A stretch of 64,000 nt of DNA. Origin: Eledone cirrhosa (Eukaryota). A program made the translations under genes and the position numbers. Below the pieces are notes generated by a model. The model did not search any database. It had not been told where the DNA came from and saw only the letters and a program-made list of their open reading frames with translations. Positions 54,355-64,000 of this stretch are shown in pieces (position 1 is the stretch's first letter; every line of letters starts with the position of its first letter). The stretch spans positions 92,442,001-92,506,000 of the forward strand of contig OZ024744.1 of assembly GCA_964016885.1 (NCBI GenBank), given 5' to 3'.

Positions 54355-56350
54355 TATGTGTTGTATGTGATCTTAGATGTATATATTACCTGCCTGTGTG
54401 TTGCATGTGGTCCTAGATGTGTGTTACCTGCTTGTGTGCTGTATGTGGTCCTAGATGTGTGTTACCTGCTTGTGTGCTGTATGTGGTCCTAGATGTGTGT
54501 ATTACTTACCTGTGTGTTGTATGTGGTCCTAGATGTGTGTGCTACATCCTTATGTGATGTATGTGGTCCTAGATGTATGTATTACCTGATTATGTGTTGT
54601 ATGTGGTCTTAGATGTGTGTGCTACCTCCTTATATCTTGTATGTGATCCTAGATGTGTGTATTACATGATTATGTGTAGTATGTGGTCCTAGACGTGTGT
54701 ATTATATGCTTATGTGTTGTATGTGGTCCTAGATGTGTGTATTACCTGCGTATGTGTTGTATGTGGTCCTAGATGTGTGTATTACCTGATTATGTGTTGT
54801 ATGTAGTCCTAGATGTGTGTATTACCTGCTTGTGTGTTGTATGTAGTCCTAGATGTGTGTATTACCTACTTGTGTGTTGTATGTAGTCCTAGATGTGTGT
54901 ATTACCTGATTATGTGTTGTATGTAGTCCTAGATGTGTGTATTACCTACTTGTGTGTTGTATGTGGTCCTAGATGTGTGTATTACCCGATTATGTGGTGT
55001 ATGTGGTCCTAGATGTGTGTGCTACCTCCTTGTGTGTTGTATGTGGTCCTAGATGTGTGTTACCTCCTTGTGTGTTGTATGTGGTCCTAGATGTGTATTA
55101 CCTGATTATGTGTTGTATGTGCTCCTAGATGTATGTATTACCTGATTATGTGTTGTATGTAGTCCTAGATGTGTGTATTACCTGCGTATGTGTTGTATGT
55201 GGTCCTAGATGTGTGTATTACCTGATTATGTGTTGTATGTGGTCCTAGATGTGTGTATTACCTGCTTGTGTGTTGTATGTGGTCCTAGATGTGTGTATTA
55301 CCTGATTATGTGTTGTATGTGGTCCTAGATGTGTGTATTACCTGCTTGTGTGTTGTATGTGATCCTAGATGTATGTATTACCTGCTTGTGTGTTGTATGT
55401 GGTCCTAGATGTGTGTGCTACATCCTTATGTGTTGTATATGGTCCTAGATGTGTGTATTACCTGATTATGTGTTGTATGTGGTCCTAGATGTGTGTATTA
55501 CCTCCTTGTGTGTTGTATGTGGTCCTAGATGTGTGTATTACCCGATTATGTGGTGTATGTGGTCCTAGATATATGTGCTACCTCCTTGTGTGTTGTATGT
55601 GGTCCTAGATGTGTGTATTACCTGCTTATGTGTTGTATGTGGTCCTATATGTGTGTGTTACCTGCTTATATGTTGTATGTGCTCCTAGGTGAGTGTATTA
55701 CCTGCTTATGTGTTGTATGTGGTCCTAGATGTGTGTATTACCTGATTATATGTTGTATGTGGTCCTAGATGTGTGTATTACCTGCTTATATGCTGTATGT
55801 GTTCCTAGATGTGTGTATTACCTGCTGCTTATATGTTGTATGTGGTCCTAGATGTGTGTATTACCTGCCTGAGTGTTGTATGTGGTCCTAAATGAGTGTA
55901 TTACCTGATTATGTGTTGTATGTAGTCCTAGATGTGTGTATTACCTGCCTATGTGTTGTATGTGGTCCTAGATGTGTGTATTACATGCTTATGTGTTGTA
56001 TGTGGTCCTAGATGTGTGTACTACCTCCTTGCATGTTGTATGTGGTCCTAGACGTATGTATTACCTGCTTATATATTGTATGTGGTCCAAGATGAGTGTA
56101 TTACCTGCTTATCTGTTGTATGTGGTCCTAGATGTGTGTATTACCTGCTTATGTGTTGTATGTGGTCCTAGATGTATGTATTACCTCCTTATGTGTTGTA
56201 TGTTGTCCTAGATGTGTGTATTACCTGCTTATGTGTAGCATGTGGTCCTAGATGTGTGTGTGTTACCTGATTATGAGTTGTATGTGGTCCTAGATGTGTG
56301 TATTACCTGCTTATGTGTTGTATGTGGTCCTAGATGTGTGTGCTACCCGC
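54355..56350. repeat. 40-bp minisatellite, ~50 copies, inside the hAT element
   Basis: Consensus atgtggtcctagatgtgtgtattacctg(c/a)ttatgtgttgt. Confidence 0.96.
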
Positions 56351-56994
56351 TTCTGTTTTTTTCTTTTCTTTTTTTATTTGTAATATTATTTATATAATAG
56401 GGAATAAAATAGATCTACATAGTGTCAACTCGTTACGGTCAATAATTTCACAAATGTGCTCAAAGTGTCCTTGATCCAGTTGACTGCGGGGTTTTCCATT
56501 TTTAAGATCTCAATTGCCGGTTAATGTCTAGACGTTCCTGCACACCTGCTCACAGCTGCAGTCAGACGAAAGTTATGCTGTCTGCATGCTCATTCAAACG
56601 CATTCACCCTAGCTGTTTCAGAGACATATAAATATGGCTTATAAAACTTACCAAAGTAAAGAGCCTTCCAGCAACCCCTAAGCTCCAAATTCCCCCTTGC
56701 CCCCGAACGGCCTGTTGGAGTTCTGAAATACCCCTGGCGGTGCATATGCCCCCCTCCCCCGTTGAGAACTGTTTGTACTAAATCATTACAGGTTGTTAAA
56801 AGATAATACTACATTTTCTCACAATAATCTGTCGACCAGTAAAGATATTATAAACATTTTAATTAACAATCCTGTTTTTAGATATTTTCTGCTAAATCAT
56901 TACGGTATCACTCCTTCATAGTCAGCCTATGATCTTTTCAGCTGACCCTCATATGTTACTCATGTTATTAGGGTTAGGTTAATTCTGGGTCTGT

Positions 56995-57210
56995 TTAACC
57001 CTTTAGCATTTAACCTGGCCATATCCGGCCAGAATTCTCTCACCTCTTTCTGTTCAAACCTGTTGCAACTGGCTGCTCCTAATTATGTTAAGGTATTGTT
57101 CTCAAAATAAATAATATCAAAATCTCATAGATTCGATATTATGTAAGATAAAGCCTTTACCGTGAAAATATAATAGTAAATATAGAGTAATGTAAATGGT
57201 AAACGATTAA
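56995..57210. mobile_element. piggyBac-like MITE
   Basis: TTAA at both ends, imperfect TIRs ccctttagcattta / taaatggtaaacga, second copy at 47255. Confidence 0.65.
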
Positions 57211-57711
57211 GAGAATCATAGAAAAACTGATTTTTTAAAAATGTTCTCTTTTTGTAGTAATATCAGAATTTTCTTTCAAATTGGTAGAACTCTGCTCTAC
57301 ATTAAATCTGACCTGTGTGTATAGAGAAACACATAATTCTTGCTCGTTTGTTTTACCAATATATAAAAGATAGAAAGAAAGAAAAGATCCAAAGAATTTT
57401 ACATTGATGGGCCTCCATAGATTTCAATGATGACTATTCAAGCTGTTTGATCAACAGAACAGCTTATTCATGAAATTAATGAGTAAATGGTTGAGTATTC
57501 CACAGATACATGTTTAGCAGTGTTGGTTATATATGTTATCGCCACTTTAGCAGGGTGGTAGAATCAGTGGTCGTTAGTTGCCAGTGTGGTAAGTGATAGT
57601 ATCCTCGTTGGATTATCTTGTTGACATAGACGTGAGGGAAGGTCCCTCGATCTATTTACCATCTATTTACAATATTCCTTTCGTCAGGTCGCCAATTCCA
57701 GCAGCATGGAT

Positions 57712-58065
57712 TAAAGATGTCATGGAGACACGAGTAACATAACAACGACTTCAACCGCAGTAATTAGAGATGAAATGTTTGTTTATTTATATGGTTGAAG
57801 TTACAGATACAAAGAGGTTACCAAATGGAATGTGCCATTGCGCCGTTAAGCCGGCGAGGCTAGTGGTGCAATATCTCACTGTTACATTATGCGTGTTGCT
57901 GGCTTGAAGTTTCCGGTACAAGAGCGAGATTCTTCAAATCTTTGCGGGGAATTTCTTCCTCAGGGCGCGTAGGGATACATCCTCTTCTACTGGCGCTGAT
58001 TGGCTGAACTGAGCCAAATCACGCACAGAGAATGTATGTGAGCCCGCGGAATGTAGGTCACTACA
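57712..58065 (-). mobile_element. LTR-like segment, minus strand
   Basis: Minus strand: PPT-like aaaatctggttggaggtga then TGTAGT...; distal aataaac....atttcatctctaatt.ctgc...gtt.ttatgt.act resembles the + LTR at 60689-60750. Confidence 0.55.
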
Positions 58066-58764
58066 TCACCTCCAACCAGATTTTCAGCTGAAAATCGATA
58101 ACGAAGAAACCAAGGATCCACATATTATTAAATCAGCAAGAACAAATGCTGAAAGAGCACAGCAGTGAAAAAATAATTGAGCAGAAGGTTGCATGCAAGA
58201 ACAAAAAATGAGGCGCTACGGGCCGTGTTGAGCCGCTGTGTCAAATGACCAGTTGTTTTGTTGTTTATACGTGACCGCCAAAGGTCTAACAAAAAACGGA
58301 TAAAGTCTGACATGAGCGAGGTTGCTGTTCTTGCATTAAATGTTAATGGTAAGCGTTGTACCAGTAGCTGTGAACGAAGCTATTATGGTAGTTTACCAGT
58401 GCTGGCGAGAAAATGATGGCCCCCAGATGTATTGTCGAATGTGCTGTGGAGCCAGGAAAAAATGGCTGGTTGCTTTGTAAGAACAAAAGGCAAGTTTAAT
58501 CTGTAGGTGGGTTGCAGTGTAAATTCCATAATTCGGGCGAATCCACAGAAGTGGCCGAAATGCTAACAAGTCCAGTTCAATTTGTTGCTTTCCCAGCGAG
58601 TCGGGCAAAAACAACAAGACGGATGGCCGTCATGGACGATCAGTGTGCAACGAGATGCGAAGCTGTTTGAGTTCAGCTGCAATGTATTCTCGTGTTGCGG
58701 TGCCTGTTTGAATCCAGTGGATTAAGCTCTGTGAGCTGCTAGCATGTGACAGCATCTCAACCAG

Positions 58765-60318
58765 GTGAAAAGGGACTCGCAGAATATTACGTTTGAAGAA
58801 CATATACCAATATTGACTTTTGCTTTGAGAGCGAAGGCTGATAAATACTCGCCCAGAGAGACGAGACACCTTGATTTCATCTCGCAATATACGAGTGATA
58901 TCCAGCACATTCCGGGTTCACTAAATACAGCGGCGGATGCTTTGTCCCGCTTACCCGTGACAGCGATCTCGTCACCCTCTGACATAGATCTGACTCGTTT
59001 GGCTGCGGATCAGCCTCCCCTTGAGTCACTGGATGTCACATCGCCCGAGTTTGCGAATTGCGAGATGAAATACTTGCCTCTGTCGACTGCAGTTGGCCAA
59101 ATTCTCTGCGACGTCTCTTTGGACGTGCCTAGGCCCTTCGTTCCAGAGAATCATCGTCGGACCGTGTTTCTGGGATTACATTGTATCTCGCATCCAGGAT
59201 CTTCTGCCACAGCAAAGCTCATATCAGCTAGATTTTTCTGGCCAAATATGAGGCGTGAAATTGCTGCTTGGTGCCGTTCCTGCGTCGCTTGCCAGAGATC
59301 AAAGGTCCATCGACACGTCAAGGCTCCCCTGGGTACCTTTGCTAACCCAGATGCGCGTTTTTCGCATATTCATATTGACATAGTGGGACCTTGGCCTGTC
59401 AGCGATGGTTTTTCTTATCTACTTACCGTCATTGACCGTTTTTCGAGATGGCCTGAGGCCATCCCCTTGAAAAACATCACCGCGGAGACAACAGCACGTG
59501 CTCTTGTGTCTGGATGGATCTCTCGTTATGGAGTTCCATCCACAATAACTACCGACCGTGGACGACAGTTCGAGTCGAGCCTTTTCCTCGAGCTGTCAAA
59601 AATAATTGGTGCTAAACGCATTCGAACTACGGCATACCATCCCGCTTCGAATGGTATGGTGGAGCGTTTTCACCGCCAACTGAAGGCCTCCTTAATGGCC
59701 TCAATGGACTCGGCGCATTGGAGCGAGTACCTCCCTATTGTGCTACTAGGGATTCGGTCAACGGTGAAGGTCGACTTTGGATTTTCACCGGCCGAAGTAC
59801 TGTACGGTGCCCCTCTGACGTTGCCCGGGCAAATGCTTGCCCCTATCGATCTTGATACCCAAGATCACGCTTCCTACGTGTCCCGTTTGCGCTCCTATTT
59901 CCAGGATTTGCCGCCAATGGACACTAGGAAACAATCTGTCAAGACTGCTGTCCCGAGGGATATTGTCTCGTGGACGCATGTCTTTGTAAGGAATGATACG
60001 GTGAAGCCCCCGCTCACACAGCCTTACACTGGACCTTACCGTGTCTTAGCGCGCTCGGCTAAGCATTTCACGTTAGATATTAAGGGGTCCAGGGTGACAG
60101 TTACATTAGACAGGCTTAAGCAGGCGCACCTTGATACGGACGCTGTGGTTCCTGATCCACGAACCCCTTCGTATTTGCCTGTTGAGCGAACGACTGTTCC
60201 TGATCCACCATCATCGCCTGTCCCTACACCACCACCATCGCCACGTTACAAGACCACGACCCGTTCAGGTCGTAGGGTCCACTGGCCCAAAAAACTTTGC
60301 AGCACCGTCTATATTTAG
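58765..60318 (+). CDS. Ty3/Gypsy pol C-terminal part: RNase H tail plus integrase (HHCC, DDE, GPY/F), CsRn1-clade-like
   Basis: 517-codon open frame: [26 protein letters not shown]; H..SHPG...CVACQ; [26 protein letters not shown]; PYTGPY; [11 protein letters not shown]. No gag, protease or RT upstream; start codon uncertain. Confidence 0.92.
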   Translation: MKRDSQNITFEEHIPILTFALRAKADKYSPRETRHLDFISQYTSDIQHIPGSLNTAADALSRLPVTAISSPSDIDLTRLAADQPPLESLDVTSPEFANCEMKYLPLSTAVGQILCDVSLDVPRPFVPENHRRTVFLGLHCISHPGSSATAKLISARFFWPNMRREIAAWCRSCVACQRSKVHRHVKAPLGTFANPDARFSHIHIDIVGPWPVSDGFSYLLTVIDRFSRWPEAIPLKNITAETTARALVSGWISRYGVPSTITTDRGRQFESSLFLELSKIIGAKRIRTTAYHPASNGMVERFHRQLKASLMASMDSAHWSEYLPIVLLGIRSTVKVDFGFSPAEVLYGAPLTLPGQMLAPIDLDTQDHASYVSRLRSYFQDLPPMDTRKQSVKTAVPRDIVSWTHVFVRNDTVKPPLTQPYTGPYRVLARSAKHFTLDIKGSRVTVTLDRLKQAHLDTDAVVPDPRTPSYLPVERTTVPDPPSSPVPTPPPSPRYKTTTRSGRRVHWPKKLCSTVYI

Positions 60319-60544
60319 ACTATGTTAGCTGCACCTTTTTTTTGCCTCTGTGTTTCTGCTTTTCCTTTGCCTTGTTTTTTTTATGCATGCATGTCGTTTT
60401 TTTTTTAACATTTTTCAAATCCTTATTCTGGATTCAATTTTTGCTAGAGCGGATAGCTCCCCCTTGTGGCATTGTTCGCCATCTTACTCCACATGTGAGT
60501 AATGACATCGATTTTCAATAATTTGAAAATCTGGCTCGAGGTAC

Positions 60545-60755
60545 TGTAGTAAGACGCCTCACGCTCCTTGATAGAACAACGCCGGTTGAGAACGCCAGAA
60601 AGAAAAGACAGACAGCCACTGGAAATCCGACGGATCACGCGCCAGAAACCAGCCTCTGTACAACACCATTGTTTGTGCTATAACAAAAAATAAACGTATA
60701 TTTCATCTCTAATTTCTGCTGTTATTATGTCACTTGCATCTCGATAACATCTACA
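60545..60755 (+). mobile_element. 3' LTR-like segment (211 bp)
   Basis: Preceded by PPT-like aaaatctggctcgaggtac; TGTAG...CTACA termini; AATAAA at ~60689. Confidence 0.7.
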
Positions 60756-60845
60756 ACTAATACTGCTAAACATGTATATACTTAATGTAATTCTCAGGGA
60801 GATTCAGCATTGCACGTGTGTCAAAGCTGGTTATTTTAATTCCGG

Positions 60846-61186
60846 AAAGCACCCAGTCCACACTGTAAAGTGGTCATGTTGGCAACACAACTCAAAGCAC
60901 CCAGTCCACTCAGTAAAGTGGTTGTGTTAGTGACACAATGAAAAAGTATCCAGTCCAACCTGTCAGTTGGTCATTGTGGTGTCATGATAAAAAGCACCCA
61001 GTCCACACTGAAAATGTGGTTGGTATTAGGAAAGGCATCCAGTCATAGAAACCAAGTCAGAAACAGCTCTGTATAAGTAAGACATGGTCATCTTATCTGA
61101 TTTTTCCCACAATGGGACAACTCGTCTAACCCATACTAAGGTGGAAAATGGGCATTAAACATTGATGATGAGGATGATGATGATGA
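60846..61186 (+). mobile_element. RTE-like LINE 3' UTR with ~4 diverged 40-bp units and (GAT)n tail
   Basis: aaagcacccagtccacactgtaaagtggt repeats, ggcatccagtcatagaaac, ggacaactcgtctaacccat, gatgatga. Confidence 0.8.
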
Positions 61187-61199
61187 AACAGATCATCTG

Positions 61200-61295
61200 A
61201 CAGGCTTCCAAACAGTTTCTATCTACCAAATTTCACTCACATGACATGGGTTGGTCCGAGGTTACTGTAACTGAGACGTTCTAGATGTCATGCAG
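61200..61295 (-). mobile_element. SINE family A fragment
   Basis: ggcttcca.acagttt...tctaccaaatttcact matches 1703-1740. Confidence 0.6.
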
Positions 61296-61329
61296 AGGAG
61301 GCTGGTAGGTTGAATTATTGCATGTGTTT

Positions 61330-61332
61330 GTA

Positions 61333-61364
<32 letters not shown>

Positions 61365-61498
61365 GGGGTGTAAAGAACTGTACACACACATACACATACA
61401 TGGAATCGTACATGCACACAGACAAACGATCACTTGCTCTTTCTCTCTCCCACACATTCACACACGCACGCACATACACACACACTCACGCACACACA

Positions 61499-61529
<31 letters not shown>

Positions 61530-61609
61530 GCGCGCGCACACACGCACACATACACAGACATACTTATACATCACAGACAAACAAATACTTGCCCCTCTCT
61601 CTCTCTCAA

Positions 61610-61646
<37 letters not shown>

Positions 61647-61980
61647 CACACAGACATACAAACACTTGCTCTTTCTCTCTCTCTCTCACACACACACACA
61701 CATATATATATATACACAGACATACAAACACTTGCTCTTTCTCTCGCTCTCTCTCACACACACACACACACACATATAAACACTAACTCTTTCTCTCTCA
61801 CGCATACACATACACAGACAAACAAACACTTGCTTTCTCTCTCATACACATACATACACACACACACTTATGTACACATACTTGCTCTCTCTCTCATACA
61901 CATACATACTCACACACATACATACACACGCTTACTCTCTCTCACACACACATACATACATACATACATACATACATACA

Positions 61981-62012
<32 letters not shown>

Positions 62013-62047
62013 CACACACACATACATGCATATATACCTACATACAT
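61330..62047. repeat. Compound microsatellite field: (TG)n, (CA)n, (CG)n, (CT)n, (CATA)n
   Basis: Directly visible; the terminal (CATA)n abuts the 3' end of the minus-strand LINE and is probably its tail. Confidence 0.92.
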
Positions 62048-64000
62048 GAGGATTGCCGTCTCTTATTGATTCTTCGTTGTCATGACATCTGTGTCCATGA
62101 CTTCGTAGATGACTTTGTAGACCAGCTGTAGATCTACATGGTTTACGACACAGGTAACAGAAGAGAGATGTGCTTTCCAGAGGGCCAGTGGTGTCACCCT
62201 GTGAGACTTCATAGCTGACTTTGTAGACCAGCTGTAGATCTACATGGTTTACGACACAGGTAACAGAAGAGAGATGTGCTTTCCAGAGGGCCAGTGGTGT
62301 CACCCTGTGAGACTTCATAGCTGACTTTGTAGACCAGCTGTAGATCTACATGGTTTACGACACAGGTAACAGAAGAGAGATGTGCTTTCCAGAGGGCCAG
62401 TGGTGTCACCCTGTGAGACTTCATAGCTGACTTTGTAGACCAGCTGTAGATCTACATGGTTTACGACACAGGTAACAGAAGAGAGATGTGCTTTCCAGAG
62501 GGCCAGTGGTGTCACCCTGTGAGACTTCATAGCTGACTTTGTAGACCAGCTGTAGATCTACATGGTTTACGACACAGGTAACAGAAGAGAGGTGTGTTTT
62601 CCACAGGACTGGTGGTGTCACCCTGTGGGACACAATCTTTATGTACCACCATGTGTCTTTTTAGTCCGGAACTAGTTCTACACACTTTGTAGCATATCAC
62701 GTATGTTGTTGCACCACGTCTTTGTTGAGTGGTGTTGCAGGTGGTTATCCTTTCATGTGTCTTCAGGTGATTAACATAACCAGCCTTTGAGAAGAGTACA
62801 CACTGACAGAAATTACATGTCCAACTACTGATGACTTCATCAAGACTGTGAGCACAGAGCTGACACTTCAGTTGTTTATGTTCTAGATGACATTCCTAAA
62901 AAGTTTTGCAACTGCCCTTTATGTGCTTTCTCCACTCAGCCCTATTTAGAGCTATCTCCTCCCAGTTGTCTATATCAAATAGCTCTTTGAGATTGTTCTT
63001 GATGCTGTCCCTGAACCTCATTTTCGGTTTGTGTTCATGGCTTTTTTCAAGATGGAGCTCACTGTAAAACAGTTACATCGGGATCCTGCTTTCCTTCATG
63101 TGGATGAGATGTCCTGTCCAATGCATTTGAGAAAATGTTATTTGGGACTCAACGCTTTGTTAAGAACATGTATGTCAGGAGTTCTGTCTTGCTATTTGAT
63201 GTTGAATATGCGTGTTAAACATTTCTGCTGAAAACGCTCATGCAATTTGGTGTGTTTGCAGAATAGCGTCCAGGTTTCGGCGGAGTATAAAAGATCAGAC
63301 AGAACACATGATCTATACACACACACCTTGGTATTGTTAGTAATGTTGCGATTTGCCCAAACTCTCTTTTCCAATTTTCCAAAGGCAACAGAGGCCTTCT
63401 AGATACGCAGATGTATTTCAGCAGCCAAGGTATGAGAGTGTGCTACCCAAGTAGATAAATTATCTACTACTCCCAGCCTGGTTCCATCGACCATGATATG
63501 GGGTTCAGTATATGGTTCTCCAGGAGCAGGAGCAGGAGTAAACATTACTTTGGTCTTTTTAAGGCTGATTGTAAGCCCAAATGCTGTACATGAGGATGAG
63601 AAATGGTCCATAATGTGTTGCATATCAGCTTCTGCGTGTGCTAGGAAGTCAGTGTCATCAGCATAAAGAAGGTCTCTGATCAAAGTTTGAAAAGTTTTTG
63701 TCTTGGCATTAAACCTTCTTCAGTTGAAAACCTTTCCAGTGGTTCTGAACCGTAAAAGAATGCCTCTGTTACAATCATGGAAAGCATGTGTGGGTAGGGC
63801 AACAAAGAAGATGGAGAAAAGCATAGGAGCAGAAATAACACCTTGCTTTACCCCGTTGACAATTGAGATTTCCCCAGATAGTTGACCATTGAAGGTAACC
63901 CGAGCTTTCATATTTTTGTGCAGCTGCTTTAGCATACTCACAAACTTGGGTGGACATCCCACTTTTCCAAGTATTATCCAGAGTCATCCCTGTTAACTGT
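62048..64000 (-). pseudogene. RTE (BovB-like) LINE, decayed ORF with C-terminal C2H2 zinc fingers; continues beyond the window
   Basis: GCPPKFV, GVKQG..SAPMLFSIFF, DLLYADD, FGLTISLKKT and TKVCVY....LLYSAETW across several frames. Fingers: CNFC..HLKTH, (Y)VIC..HMVVH, CYLC..HLRSH. Confidence 0.92.
62110..62626. repeat. 106-bp tandem repeat, ~5 copies, within the LINE 3' end
   Basis: Units start at 62110, 62216, 62322, 62428 and 62534; the first four are essentially identical. Confidence 0.97.

Larger units (their letters stand above)
52641..56775 (-). mobile_element. hAT (Buster/Charlie-like) transposon, internally deleted
   Basis: Imperfect TIRs cacaggttctcaac / gttgagaactgtttg, perfect 8-bp TSD TACTAAAT on both sides, transposase remnant inside. 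Confidence 0.85.
57511..60772. mobile_element. TIR-bounded element carrying a Gypsy-type integrase and inverted LTR-like segments
   Basis: 31-bp inverted ends, 27/31 identical (57511-57541 vs 60742-60772), within a palindromic atacatgtat site. Confidence 0.65.

Noticed and set aside
54355-56350. CRISPR array or coding repeat
   Set aside because: Contiguous 40-bp monomers without spacers; ORFs are short and low-complexity.
61310-62069. His/Thr-rich ORFs
   Set aside because: Translations of CA, CG and CATA microsatellites.

Overview
Repeat-dense animal genomic DNA. The SINE/LINE repertoire looks cephalopod (octopus-like); that is my recollection of these families, not a search result. No host gene can be firmly supported. 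About 60% of the window (7268-45778) is one satellite of ~2,750 copies of the 14-mer CTGCCAATCTAC(C/T)A. It grows directly out of the 5' head (A-box region) of a tRNA-derived SINE and has nested higher-order blocks. The flanks hold decayed RTE-type LINEs, many SINEs, two hAT elements with TIRs and TSDs, tandem Helitron-like units, piggyBac-like MITEs and several TE-seeded minisatellites. The most unusual element is a 3.26-kb insertion (57511-60772) bounded by 31-bp terminal inverted repeats. It carries an uninterrupted Gypsy-type integrase ORF between two oppositely oriented LTR-like segments. Nearly all ORFs in the supplied track are repeat artefacts.
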